From the NCBI GenBank assembly GCA_026395055.1, contig JAPLZK010000004.1:273891-337890 (forward strand): a stretch of DNA of 64,000 nt, given 5' to 3'. The position numbers were made by a program, and so were the translations under genes. Below are positions 35,139 through 44,813 of this stretch, in pieces. The stretch's first letter is position 1. Each line of letters opens with the position of its first letter. This DNA is from Candidatus Uhrbacteria bacterium (GTDB lineage Bacteria > Patescibacteriota > Patescibacteriia > UBA9934 > GWF2-40-263). Below the pieces are notes generated by a model. The model searched no databases. It was not told where the DNA came from and saw only the letters and a program-made list of their open reading frames with translations.

Positions 35139-37142
35139 ATGACCCTCCCTTCTTTTCAGCAGAGACGTATCGGAACATTCCTTCTTACAATACTTTGTGT
35201 TGTAGCTAGTCTTTTGGTTTCCATACAATACGCACACGCAACGCCCGTGTCGGTTTTCAGCGACACACTTCCCACAAGTGGCTCATCTGTGAACGGGAGT
35301 CTGTCCGTCTCTTATACGCTTTCGATGGGAATTGCGGGCGGTAGTATTACGTTTATGGGGACAGACGGAACGTCAGATCGCGGAGGGCACGTATATAATT
35401 TGAGTCGCGATGACGAAACGGTTGGAACACACACCTTTACGCGTCGAACACTCGAGGCGGGATTTGTAGACCCTCTTGTGGACGGAGCAATTTATACGAT
35501 TACTTTTTCCGGAACGGATGCGTTTGGGAATCCCGCAATAGTTTCAAATACATCTGTTTTGTATGATGTAACACCACCGGCTGATCCGGTTAATTTCCAT
35601 ATTTTTTCAACGAACAACGTATCAACCCTTGCGAAGGTTGGAGATACGGTTGTTGTCACGGCTGCCGTCGAAACGGGAGTACGTGTCAGTGGAACGATTG
35701 GTGGAAAAATAGCGGACGGAGCGGAGAATAGGGGAACAGGAACGCTGACACGTGTTTTGGATGGAACGGAGACGGAAGGATCGGGTTTGAATTTTACGTT
35801 CATCACCTCAGATGGAGCAGCAAATGCAAGTTCTGTGAAAACAAAAACAAGCATCGCGGATGAATCTTCTGTGCAAACAGATTTTACACCTCCCGTGTTG
35901 CCAATCGCGACGCCTGCGGCAGGTTCGTTTTCTGCAACGCAAAGTGTCTCGCTTTCTTCATCTGGATCCACGACCATCTTGTTCACAACAGACGGAACTG
36001 TGCCCACATGTACGCTCGGAACAGCTTATTCTCACACGCTTTCCATTTCTTCAACAACAACCGTTAAAGCAATAGGATGCGACGCCGCAGGAAACGGATC
36101 TGCCGTTCAGACATTCGTTTATACCATTGGCAGTGGAAGCGGCGGAGGTGGCGGAAGTTCTGGTGGAAGTGGAATAACAATCGTCATTCCGTATTCACCG
36201 ACCGTCACTCCTTCCGCAGGGGCATATACAGGAACACAATCTGTTTCACTTGCATCGATGGGTTCAACAAGTATTCGTTACACTATTGATGGCACAACCC
36301 CATCCTGCACAACAGGATCTGTCTATGCAACCCCAATTTCAATTTCGGCAACCAAAACAATCAAGGTAAGAGGATGTAACTCTGCAGGAAGTTCTCCGAT
36401 TGGAACATTTGTGTTTACGATTAAGTCTGCTCCACCTTCCGGTGCTTCCGGTTCTGGTGGTTCTACTGGTACGATCACACTTCCTGCAAATCCAGTTTCC
36501 ATTCTTCCTCTTACGGCGGTTCCAAATACAAATACAGGTTCTACACCAACAGTCACAGCTCCCGTTGCCTCCGCCGCGGTGTTTATTCATGATCCTGCTC
36601 AGTATCAAACGGTGTTAACGGATTTTGGACTGCAGAGCGATCCAAAAAACTTTGGGATCAATCAATCGTTGGTACAAGCGGACGCAAAGACATTCGGTGT
36701 GCCTATATCAGCAGAACAAGTTCGATTTATCGCAAACTTTATTACATACGGAGCATCAACAGAAACGATTCAGCTCGGAATGGGTGAGCGTCATGCGGTC
36801 ATTCGTGATTATCTTCAAACGGTCGGTCGTGCGGATGTTGCGTGGGATGATGTTCAGCGCATGACGATTGGTCAAAAACCAGTGAAACGTAATCTGGCTA
36901 AAGAGCAAGCGCAGGTTCCGGTCGCTCTTGCGGCGTTTGTGCGCATGACGGGGCATTCGCCAAACTTTCAGGACGCATCGGAAGATCTGGCTTGGAATAC
37001 GCTTATGTACCGTATTCGATTTCCACGTAATCTCGGAAAAGAACATGAGGGTATCCTTGCATTTGAAAAGATTTTGAAGCGCGTGCCCATATCTCCATTT
37101 GATTGGGCAGAAGTGCGAGCGCTTGGATATGTTCTGCCATAA
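35139..37142 (+). CDS. Secreted repeat protein with chitobiase/hexosaminidase-C-like (FTTDGT.P.C) Ig-fold repeats and Gly/Ser linkers
   Basis: N-terminal signal/TM. Repeated ...ILFTTDGTVPTC... / ...IRYTIDGTTPSC... modules. Confidence 0.55.
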   Translation: MTLPSFQQRRIGTFLLTILCVVASLLVSIQYAHATPVSVFSDTLPTSGSSVNGSLSVSYTLSMGIAGGSITFMGTDGTSDRGGHVYNLSRDDETVGTHTFTRRTLEAGFVDPLVDGAIYTITFSGTDAFGNPAIVSNTSVLYDVTPPADPVNFHIFSTNNVSTLAKVGDTVVVTAAVETGVRVSGTIGGKIADGAENRGTGTLTRVLDGTETEGSGLNFTFITSDGAANASSVKTKTSIADESSVQTDFTPPVLPIATPAAGSFSATQSVSLSSSGSTTILFTTDGTVPTCTLGTAYSHTLSISSTTTVKAIGCDAAGNGSAVQTFVYTIGSGSGGGGGSSGGSGITIVIPYSPTVTPSAGAYTGTQSVSLASMGSTSIRYTIDGTTPSCTTGSVYATPISISATKTIKVRGCNSAGSSPIGTFVFTIKSAPPSGASGSGGSTGTITLPANPVSILPLTAVPNTNTGSTPTVTAPVASAAVFIHDPAQYQTVLTDFGLQSDPKNFGINQSLVQADAKTFGVPISAEQVRFIANFITYGASTETIQLGMGERHAVIRDYLQTVGRADVAWDDVQRMTIGQKPVKRNLAKEQAQVPVALAAFVRMTGHSPNFQDASEDLAWNTLMYRIRFPRNLGKEHEGILAFEKILKRVPISPFDWAEVRALGYVLP

Positions 37143-37149
37143 ACCGATC

Positions 37150-37185
37150 AAAAACACGCGTATAAAAAAATACGCGTGTTTTTCT
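37150..37185. terminator. Bidirectional terminator (AAAAACACGCGTAT aaaaaa ATACGCGTGTTTTTC)
   Basis: Perfect 14-bp palindrome with an A/T-run. Confidence 0.7.
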
Positions 37186-37374
37186 ATCCCTAGACAGATT
37201 TCGATTTCGATGGTATATTCATTGTCGCTGACTTGTCTCAAAATAAATTTTCATTCGGATTTGGGGATCTGATCCTCAAATCCATTTCTTGAATGGAACG
37301 AACATTTTGGGATAAGAACGCAAAGATTTATTCTTAGCTTTCTGGGCCCAATTTTTTGTTGCCCAAAATCCCTT

Positions 37375-37962
37375 ATGGAGTTACTTCCTATTATTTCGGA
37401 ATTCACCGGTGAACCAACGGGTGAAATGATCCCTCGCGCAGAAGCGATCGCGCGCGGCATCTGGTGTCAGACCACAAACATTTACGTGCTCAATTCAAAA
37501 GGCGAAGTGCTTTGTCACCAACGCTCTCTTGAGAAAGAACGTCTTGCAGGTGTTTGGATGACACACCTTGGTGGACATGTTGGACATGATGAATCGTATG
37601 AAGAGAACGCACATCGTGAACTCTTTGAGGAATCTGGAATCAAGATGGATGCATCCTCGCTCATTCACTGGCGCACAACAAAACTTGATCGTGCACGCAT
37701 TTGGATTCGTGAGTTTGTGGTCCTGACAGATATTCCGGTACACAAACTCGTTCCACAAAAAGGCGAGGTCGAACAATTTGCGTGGCTCAGTATTGAAGAA
37801 CTCAATGCGCGTAATGCAGCTGAGCCGCACAATTGGTGTGTTGGTACGCATGACTTCTCCATCGAATATCCTTGTCTTCGCGCCGTACTTACGGCTGCAG
37901 AGCAGCATGGAACGATTGAGCCCACACAACCTATTCATACGTGGATGCCGTGCATTGCATAA
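37375..37962 (+). CDS. NUDIX hydrolase
   Basis: Nudix box GGHVGHDESYEENAHRELFEESGI (GX5EX7REUXEEXGU). Confidence 0.7.
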   Translation: MELLPIISEFTGEPTGEMIPRAEAIARGIWCQTTNIYVLNSKGEVLCHQRSLEKERLAGVWMTHLGGHVGHDESYEENAHRELFEESGIKMDASSLIHWRTTKLDRARIWIREFVVLTDIPVHKLVPQKGEVEQFAWLSIEELNARNAAEPHNWCVGTHDFSIEYPCLRAVLTAAEQHGTIEPTQPIHTWMPCIA

Positions 37963-38040
37963 AACTCCCGAAACGGGAGTTTTTGATTTCGTCAGACGAA
38001 ATCATCCTCCGTAGCTCGTATCGGGCGAAGGACGGGTGGT

Positions 38041-39285
38041 TTGTGGATAGAGCGACTTGTGAGGATGCACTTCCTCGCGTATGCTTTTTGCATTATGTGC
38101 ATATCGAGGATTCAGTGGATCATCTATCTCTTGCTTCTTGCCGGAATCGGCTTTGTCGCCTGGATGTTTTTGTTGCATACGTCTACCGTGACAGCACCGT
38201 CCACCAGCGAAGTCTCCATAAACGATCGTCATGAGTTGGAATTGCAAGTGCCGCTTGAGAAAACAGTTGATCTACGAAAAGCATTCGCCACAGAAGTGCA
38301 AACACATATCGCATCAAAAAAAGATTTTGATTTGCGATCGATTTACGAATCGTATATCGACAAGATCGGCGCAAACGGAATGATTACGGAAATTCAACGT
38401 ATGGATCCTGTGTGTCACTTTGAAGGGCATGATCTTGGAAAAGTCATCTTTGAAAAGATTGGAACGATCGGTGAGTCGCTCACCATTTGTCAGGATGCGT
38501 GCTACTCGGGTTGCATGCACGGTGTGTTCATGGAAGCATTTAAAAAGAAACAAGAAGAATATTTAAAAACACATCCAGCAAAGCCCGGTGAGGATCCGGA
38601 AGATCGTGAACATATCAACATGGATGTGGTGAAGGAAAGTATTCCGAGTATTTGTGAGGATCCGAGCGTTTCATCATCGTATCGACCAGGAGATTGCGCA
38701 CATGGAGTTGGTCACGCCGTAACATATCTCGCAAATGACGATTGGAAAAAAGCGATCGAGACATGCAATCTCTTCACCAATAAAAAACTCGCATACTATT
38801 GTGCGAGCGGTGCGTACATGGAATACGTGACCATCAAGGGTGCATCAGATATCGTGGATCCAACAAAGAGTTTGTTTTATCCGTGTGACCAAGGCGAATA
38901 TCCGGCGGCGTGTTTCTTTAGTAAAGTTGGCGATGCTATTCGTGCGACGCAGGCGAAAGGGGGAAAATCATCCGATGTGATTCGTGCGTGTTTGAAACTT
39001 CCGGGATTGTATCAGCTTGGATGTTTCCACGGATTCGGCAATGCGTACATTGGACCGTTGCAAGAAGATAAGCTCTCGATCAAGGATTTATGCGCGAATG
39101 GATCTCTCGAAGATCGACAGATGTGCATTGAAGGGGCGATGATGCGTATTGGAAAATATGCTTACGAGAAAGGACAAACGATTTGTTCTACGCAACTCGA
39201 GGGAGTCGATCAAAAAATTTGTCTTGATGCGCTTAGTCAACGCATGTACGGACTTGATCGGCCGTTCGAAAGATATTTGAACTAA
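38041..39285 (+). CDS. Cys-rich exported hypothetical protein (paralog of 32336..33331); start codon uncertain, possibly about 38110
   Basis: TM IYLLLLAGIGFVAWMFLL. Many Cys residues. Shares CHFEGH, CAHGVGH and ICLDAL motifs with the paralog. Confidence 0.55.
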   Translation: MWIERLVRMHFLAYAFCIMCISRIQWIIYLLLLAGIGFVAWMFLLHTSTVTAPSTSEVSINDRHELELQVPLEKTVDLRKAFATEVQTHIASKKDFDLRSIYESYIDKIGANGMITEIQRMDPVCHFEGHDLGKVIFEKIGTIGESLTICQDACYSGCMHGVFMEAFKKKQEEYLKTHPAKPGEDPEDREHINMDVVKESIPSICEDPSVSSSYRPGDCAHGVGHAVTYLANDDWKKAIETCNLFTNKKLAYYCASGAYMEYVTIKGASDIVDPTKSLFYPCDQGEYPAACFFSKVGDAIRATQAKGGKSSDVIRACLKLPGLYQLGCFHGFGNAYIGPLQEDKLSIKDLCANGSLEDRQMCIEGAMMRIGKYAYEKGQTICSTQLEGVDQKICLDALSQRMYGLDRPFERYLN

Positions 39286-39435
39286 TGTGATTACACTCTC
39301 GATTTATCAACCACCAAAATCTGGACCCTAAACAGGGTTGATTTATTGCAGATAGGACAGGTCGCGACCTGTCCCTACAAAATATTTAAATCCTGTTTTC
39401 AAAACCGTTTGCTATCGCAAGCGGTTTTCTATTCT

Positions 39436-40506
39436 ATGCAACAATGGCAAATTGAATTACAAAATTGTGTGCGCACGGTAGATGAGCTCGAACAGTATCT
39501 TTCCATCGAAAATAAAGATCGTGTGCGTGAGGTGCTCGCGAACATGCGACTCTCGATTACGCCGCATACCTTAAATCTGATCGATTTCAAAAATCCAAAC
39601 GATCCGATTCTTCTCATGTGTGTTCCGTCTGATAAAGAATTGCGATTCTCACCCGAAGAACGTGTTGACCCGATCGGCGACGAAGCAAAATCACCGATTC
39701 CATTTCTCACACATCGCTATCCAGATCGTGTGCTCGTCTACGCAACATTTTTCTGTTCGCTCTTTTGTCGATTTTGTTTTCGTCGAACAAAGACAGGTGA
39801 GGCAACTCCGGGGCCGTCTGTCGAGGATCGCGATCGTATCGTTCAGTACCTCGAAAAACATCCGGAGGTCGACGAAGTTATTTTGACGGGCGGAGATCCG
39901 CTTACGCTTCTCGATGATCAACTCGAGGATTGGTTTTCTCGATTGCGATCCGTGCCGACTGTTTCTCGAATACGCGTTCATACACGCGTCCCTGTGAATC
40001 TTCCGTCGCGCATCACGAATTCGCTTATCGAGATGTTTCGAAGATACTCGGACGCAACACATCCAATCTACATCGTCACGCACTTTAATCACCCGCGGGA
40101 GATTGCGGCGGAGAATATTGAGGCGATTGCAAAACTTGTCGATGCCGGAATTGTTGTGCGCAATCAAGGTCCGTTGCTTCGCGGAGTGAATGATGATCCT
40201 GTGATTCTCGAGATGCTGTTCAAGAAGCTCGCGAACATTCGCGTCGTTCCGTATTACTTACATCAACTCGATCTCGCGAAGGGGACAAATCATTTTCGTG
40301 TGCCAATCGAGCGTGGAATCGAGATCATGCGCGAACTGCAAGGTCAAGTGACGGGAATTGCGTTGCCGCGATACGTTGTCGATCTACCAGGCGGAAAAGG
40401 GAAGGTTCCGCTTATGCATCGATATACACAAAAACAAACGGACTCGAATTATACGATCGAGAGTCCGTTTGGAGAATGTGTTGAATATCATGAGCCGAAT
40501 GATTGA
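39436..40506 (+). CDS. KamA-family radical SAM enzyme (lysine 2,3-aminomutase / EpmB-like)
   Basis: CSLFCRFCFRR (CxxxCxxC) cluster, LTGGDPL, and C-terminal Zn-site residues. Start at MQQWQIEL. Confidence 0.75.
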   Translation: MQQWQIELQNCVRTVDELEQYLSIENKDRVREVLANMRLSITPHTLNLIDFKNPNDPILLMCVPSDKELRFSPEERVDPIGDEAKSPIPFLTHRYPDRVLVYATFFCSLFCRFCFRRTKTGEATPGPSVEDRDRIVQYLEKHPEVDEVILTGGDPLTLLDDQLEDWFSRLRSVPTVSRIRVHTRVPVNLPSRITNSLIEMFRRYSDATHPIYIVTHFNHPREIAAENIEAIAKLVDAGIVVRNQGPLLRGVNDDPVILEMLFKKLANIRVVPYYLHQLDLAKGTNHFRVPIERGIEIMRELQGQVTGIALPRYVVDLPGGKGKVPLMHRYTQKQTDSNYTIESPFGECVEYHEPND

Positions 40507-40519
40507 CAATTCGGCTATT

Positions 40520-40604
40520 TCTGTTACCCTTCGTCCAGTTCTTTACGAGTGTTCACTTCGACAAGCTCAGTATCTACGGCGCTTAGCGCCTTTGAGGGGG
40601 AATC
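40520..40604 (+). promoter_or_regulatory. Promoter (TTGACA-16-TACCCT) plus conserved 60-nt leader with GGCGC-tta-GCGCC hairpin and GAGGGGGAA SD, copy 1
   Basis: Nearly identical to 41581..41687 (about 93% over the leader), although the downstream CDSs are only distantly similar. Confidence 0.55.
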
Positions 40605-41522
40605 ATGTTGCCAGCATTGCGTCGTGTGTCTGATCGGCTTTCTACGGAGATGAATGCTTGGCTCGGGGTTCGCGAGAATCTTGGTTTCAAAGTCATCTCC
40701 TACATGAAACCAGAAACGCTTGAAGTGCATTTTGGAACAGACGCGAGTGTGACACAGGTTGCACCGCGGGGAATTTCAGAAAAGATTCTTGAAGCGATTC
40801 AGAAGCATCGAAACATTTCGACAATCTTTGTCAGAGATCCAAAGGTTTCGGAGCATGTTGCGTACGTGATCACGATCGATCTGGATCGTGGGCGCGTGGA
40901 TCGCGAACGATCTTCGTGGCAGTTGCTCGAGGATCGATGGGGATGGCGACGTGGTTTGCCGCAAAAGGAAGATGTGCCGACGTACGAAGGTCGGGATTAT
41001 CACGTAAGCCTTTTCGATTTTCTGCACGCGTTTGCCATGCTTGCCGTGGATCCGTTGCAGCAACAGTATCGCCGCGCGTTCCTTACGCGACAAGCAAGGA
41101 TCACGAAAGGATTCGGTCATAGTCAACGATTCGAATCGCTCATCTCGTGTCTTGCCTCGCAACTGGATCCGGAAACGTGTGTCTTGTTCATGCGTGCCAT
41201 GCACGAGCTTTGGAAGCATGAAGAGCACATGAATCGTTCTGTGAGTTTTGAGGAAGCACAAGAGGTTCTCTCTTCTGCGCGAATTGAAGCGCAAGAATAC
41301 GATCACAACAATCAGTTTTGGGAGATGCATGACTTTGGCCCTGAGGTAGCGGGCCGATCTTGGTTCAATGATATGGGGGATCGTATTGCCTCTGCGACTG
41401 TTTACGGAGACGGAGCGAATCCCGCATCCGGAAAAACGGAAATACGCGTTTGGGTGTACCGTTCGTTGTTCGTTCAAGAACAGGCACGTGTACTCATGAA
41501 GTGTTTTGCGTCGAAGAAGTAA
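40605..41522 (+). CDS. Hypothetical protein, tandem paralog 1 (305 aa)
   Basis: Shares the N-terminal ML..LRR.SDR..SE..AWLG motif and a central SQLDPETC.LF.RA motif with the next gene. No known family recognised. Confidence 0.55.
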   Translation: MLPALRRVSDRLSTEMNAWLGVRENLGFKVISYMKPETLEVHFGTDASVTQVAPRGISEKILEAIQKHRNISTIFVRDPKVSEHVAYVITIDLDRGRVDRERSSWQLLEDRWGWRRGLPQKEDVPTYEGRDYHVSLFDFLHAFAMLAVDPLQQQYRRAFLTRQARITKGFGHSQRFESLISCLASQLDPETCVLFMRAMHELWKHEEHMNRSVSFEEAQEVLSSARIEAQEYDHNNQFWEMHDFGPEVAGRSWFNDMGDRIASATVYGDGANPASGKTEIRVWVYRSLFVQEQARVLMKCFASKK

Positions 41523-41580
41523 AATCTTGCCATCTTATGCGAACGCACTGGATGGTTTTTTGTTTACAAGCCTTCTCGCG

Positions 41581-41687
41581 AATATTGACAGGACAGGTAT
41601 TTCTGATACGCTGCGCGCAGTTCTTTTGCGAGTGCTCACTTCGACAGGCTCAGTATCTACGGCGCTTAGCGCCTTCGAGGAGGAATC
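41581..41687 (+). promoter_or_regulatory. Promoter plus conserved leader, copy 2
   Basis: TTGACAGGACAGGTATTTCTGATACGCT...GAGTGCTCACTTCGACAGGCTCAGTATCTACGGCGCTTAGCGCCTTCGAGGAGGAATC ATG. Confidence 0.55.
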
Positions 41688-42653
41688 ATGTTGTCATCAT
41701 TGCGTCGTATTTCTGATCGATTTGTGTCCGAGGCCTCGGCCTGGCTCGGCGCGCATGAGAGGCTCACGTTTGAAGTGGTGCGTTGTGTGAAGGGGGATGA
41801 TCTCGAAAGGTATTTTGCCAATTTTCCAGATCCGCACGTCATGCTTCGTCGCGTTTTGCCAAACGGCATCTCTCAGCAATTGATCAGGGCGGGACAGAAG
41901 GGTCGAAAGATTCTCTGTATGTTCATGATTGATTTGAAAGGTGCGATTGGTGATGAATACGTGATCACGATCGACATGGACCGCCGGCGTGTTGATCGCA
42001 AATTGTCCTCGCCTGAGTTGCTCTTGGATCCGTGGTTCAAACCGCGTGATGAGCCATGGTTTGGCGAGCTGGTCTATTCTGCGGATGTACGCCACTCGGA
42101 ACTGATAGATCTGCTCGACATACCTTTTGTGGGTCTTGGTGGTCGGCCGTTTCGTAGCCACTACGAACATCGGTTTTTCAAACGACAAAATCAGATCAGT
42201 GAATCATTTGGCTACAGTCGTCGGTTCGCTTCGCTCTTTTCGCGCCTGGCACCGCAACTGGATCCAGAAACGTGTTTACTTTTTCGCCGCGCCCTTGGAA
42301 ATCTTTGGACACACGAACAATGGATGCGTCGCAAGGTTGATCTCGTGGACGCGGAACGTGCGTTGTCCGAAGCACACCTCGATGTGACGTTTGTTTGTCT
42401 GAAAGATCATGGTTACTTTCAGGACGAAATGCTTACGCAAGTGTGTATCTGGACGGATGCCGATGAAAACGTGATTGCACAAGCGGAAGTCAGCTGCAAC
42501 GATTACGGTGTTGATCGAAAGCCGTACGCCTCCGTATATGTCTTTGGAAGTTCATTTGGTCGCGAGGACGGAATTCGTTTACTAAATTGTTTCAAGGACA
42601 AAACGGAAACCAATCTGCGCAATGAAACAAATCCTGTGTTGAAGTGGAAATAA
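41688..42653 (+). CDS. Hypothetical protein, tandem paralog 2 (321 aa)
   Basis: As above; a similar CCATC...GGATGG-TTTTTTGTTT terminator follows both genes. Confidence 0.55.
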   Translation: MLSSLRRISDRFVSEASAWLGAHERLTFEVVRCVKGDDLERYFANFPDPHVMLRRVLPNGISQQLIRAGQKGRKILCMFMIDLKGAIGDEYVITIDMDRRRVDRKLSSPELLLDPWFKPRDEPWFGELVYSADVRHSELIDLLDIPFVGLGGRPFRSHYEHRFFKRQNQISESFGYSRRFASLFSRLAPQLDPETCLLFRRALGNLWTHEQWMRRKVDLVDAERALSEAHLDVTFVCLKDHGYFQDEMLTQVCIWTDADENVIAQAEVSCNDYGVDRKPYASVYVFGSSFGREDGIRLLNCFKDKTETNLRNETNPVLKWK

Positions 42654-42656
42654 AAA

Positions 42657-42700
42657 GCTCGCCATCCTGAATTGAAGGATGGTTTTTTGTTTCTTACAAA
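42657..42700 (+). terminator. Terminator (CGCCATCCT gaattga AGGATGG TTTTTTG), followed by a minus-strand terminator hairpin (CCGCACAGC...GCTGCGCGG) for the convergent gene
   Basis: Hairpin plus T-run, seen directly in the sequence. Confidence 0.6.
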
Positions 42701-42746
42701 ATAAAATACCGCGCAGCAAAGTTGCTGTGCGGCAAGAGAATGGGAA

Positions 42747-43367
42747 TCACTTGACGATCGGTTCGCCGGGGTGAGTCCAGTCGAAGAAGACAGCTTCGGT
42801 CGCAGGAATACTGCGCGGGGAGTGACGCCAGCCCATCGGGACGTTTTCGCCTGGGTAGATGGTTTGCACTTTCACGAGCCACTTGTCTTTGCCTTCCGGA
42901 TCCGAGAACCCGAGAGCAAAGGTGATTTGCTTCGTCGGCTTCGCGAGAACGGCTTTGTCCGTGACCTTGTAGGCCTCGGTGTAGTCGTTCGGCGCGAAGA
43001 ACGCTACTTCCGTGCCTTCGGGCAGTTCCGAAATCGGACACGTCGAGCTCCAGCCGATGAGGTGGGTGTGATCGATTGTGATGCGATGATTCGGATTCTG
43101 TTTGCCTTCGGCCTTGAGTTCCGTGATCATTTCGAGGATCTCGCCGAAGAGCTGTTCGCGAACGAGCGTGTCCGCGAGCAAATTTTTGAGTGACTCCCAC
43201 AAGTGGAAGTTGCCGGAAAGGGGCTTGCCGCGTCCACGGAAGCATGTCGTATTCAGACGTCCTTCCTGCTTTTGCGGCAGGACGATCGTGAACGGCATGA
43301 GCGGAATGCTGGCTTTGAGGATAGGTTTCGCTTTGGTGACGTCATCGAGGGAAATGCGCAAGTCCAT
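42747..43367 (-). CDS. Hypothetical protein (206 aa), divergently arranged with rtcB
   Basis: Start at ATG 43367 with an AAGAGG SD. About 57% GC. No family recognised. Confidence 0.5.
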   Translation of the reverse strand: MDLRISLDDVTKAKPILKASIPLMPFTIVLPQKQEGRLNTTCFRGRGKPLSGNFHLWESLKNLLADTLVREQLFGEILEMITELKAEGKQNPNHRITIDHTHLIGWSSTCPISELPEGTEVAFFAPNDYTEAYKVTDKAVLAKPTKQITFALGFSDPEGKDKWLVKVQTIYPGENVPMGWRHSPRSIPATEAVFFDWTHPGEPIVK

Positions 43368-43462
43368 GCTGCCTCTTTTTGGTGTCCGTAAGGACGTTGT
43401 AGGGAATCGGAACGAACCAGTTTCATACTTTGAAACGCCGAAGAATATCACAAAATGACGAT

Positions 43463-43535
43463 TTTGTCAATCCTTGATTCTTTGTTTTGACCGGGAATCA
43501 TTGACAAAATCGTATTTTTGTGGTATTCTCCCGCC
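43463..43535 (+). promoter_or_regulatory. rtcB promoter (ATTGACAAAATCG-17-TATTCT) with a 14-bp perfect inverted repeat operator (ACGATTTTGTCAAT ... ATTGACAAAATCGT)
   Basis: -35/-10 hexamers at 17-bp spacing. The palindrome overlaps the -35. A near-identical promoter occurs at 48385..48420 on the minus strand. Confidence 0.55.
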
Positions 43536-43584
43536 TCATCACTGTGATGGGAAAGGCTCGAAACAACAGAGGAGGAGGTAAGTC

Positions 43585-44775
43585 ATGCCGTGCTGTGAAT
43601 TGAAGACGAATGGAATTCCCGTGAAGCTGTGGGTCCCGAACTTGGGCGATGTCGAATCGGTTGCGCTTGATCAGTTGCGCAACATTGCTCGGTTGCCGTG
43701 GGCTGTTCATCACGTTGCGGTCATGCCGGACGTGCATTTTGGAAAGGGTGCGACCGTTGGTTCGGTCGTTGCCATGCGCGGGGCGGTTTCGCCTGCGGCG
43801 GTCGGTGTAGACATTGGTTGCGGGATGGGGGCGGTGAAGACCAATCTCAATGCACGCGATTTGCCGATGTCGCTTCGCGAGATTCGTCTTGCGATCGAGG
43901 CGGATATTCCGGTCGGCATGACGGCCAATGAGCGTCCGATTTTTTCGGAGGGCAGCGCGGAAACGCGTAAGCAGTCGCTCTTGCTTCTGGATCGCTTCGG
44001 CGATTTGGATCCGCGTCACGGCGCAAAGCGTGATCGTGTTGCGTGCCAACTGGGTACGCTCGGTGGCGGTAACCACTTTATCGAGCTCTGTCTCGACACC
44101 GATGAGAACGTGTGGCTCATGTTGCACTCTGGAAGCCGCAATATTGGAAAGGTCCTTGCGGAAATTCACATTACGACGGCAAAGACGCTCGCTCACAACG
44201 AGCATCTGCCGGATCCGGATTTGGCGGTGTTCCTCTCGGGGACGCCGGAGATGGCGGCTTACCGTCACGATCTGTTCTGGGCACAGACCTACGCGATGTT
44301 GAATCGTACGGTCATGCTCGAGCGGTATCAAAACATCATGCGGCGATTTTTCCCGCATGTTCAATTCGAAATGGCGGTGCTCTGTCACCACAACTACGTT
44401 TCGGAGGAAATGCACTTCGGCGAAGAGCTGGTCGTTACTCGAAAGGGAGCGATTCGCGCGGGCCTGGGTGAACTCGGGATCATTCCCAGCTCGATGGGAA
44501 CGAAGAGTTACATTGTGCGCGGACTTGGTAATCCGGAATCCTATTGTTCTGCTTCTCACGGCGCTGGTCGTCGATTGAGCCGCGGAGCTGCAAAGCGTCA
44601 GTTCACCCTGCAGGATCTGGTTCGTCAGACGGAAGGGGTGGAATGCCGTAAGGATGTGAGCGTGATTGATGAAATCCCGGGCGCGTACAAGAAGATTGAT
44701 GAAGTCATGGCAAATCAAGCGGACCTCGTCGAAATCGTTGCGGAACTGAAGCAAGTTCTTTGTGTGAAGGGTTAG
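43585..44775 (+). CDS. rtcB: RNA-splicing ligase RtcB
   Basis: VMPDVHFGKGATVGSV...GGGNHFIEL...HSGSRNIGK...cysteine/histidine metal-site motifs; 396 aa. Confidence 0.85.
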   Translation: MPCCELKTNGIPVKLWVPNLGDVESVALDQLRNIARLPWAVHHVAVMPDVHFGKGATVGSVVAMRGAVSPAAVGVDIGCGMGAVKTNLNARDLPMSLREIRLAIEADIPVGMTANERPIFSEGSAETRKQSLLLLDRFGDLDPRHGAKRDRVACQLGTLGGGNHFIELCLDTDENVWLMLHSGSRNIGKVLAEIHITTAKTLAHNEHLPDPDLAVFLSGTPEMAAYRHDLFWAQTYAMLNRTVMLERYQNIMRRFFPHVQFEMAVLCHHNYVSEEMHFGEELVVTRKGAIRAGLGELGIIPSSMGTKSYIVRGLGNPESYCSASHGAGRRLSRGAAKRQFTLQDLVRQTEGVECRKDVSVIDEIPGAYKKIDEVMANQADLVEIVAELKQVLCVKG

Positions 44776-44813
44776 TAGTTCTCGCCCCGGCAATTCATTG
44801 CCGGGGTTTTTCT

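Noticed and set aside
43498-44793. 431-aa minus-strand ORF spanning the rtcB locus
   Set aside because: It is antisense to a confidently identified RtcB (conserved metal-binding motifs). It is a GC-rich shadow.
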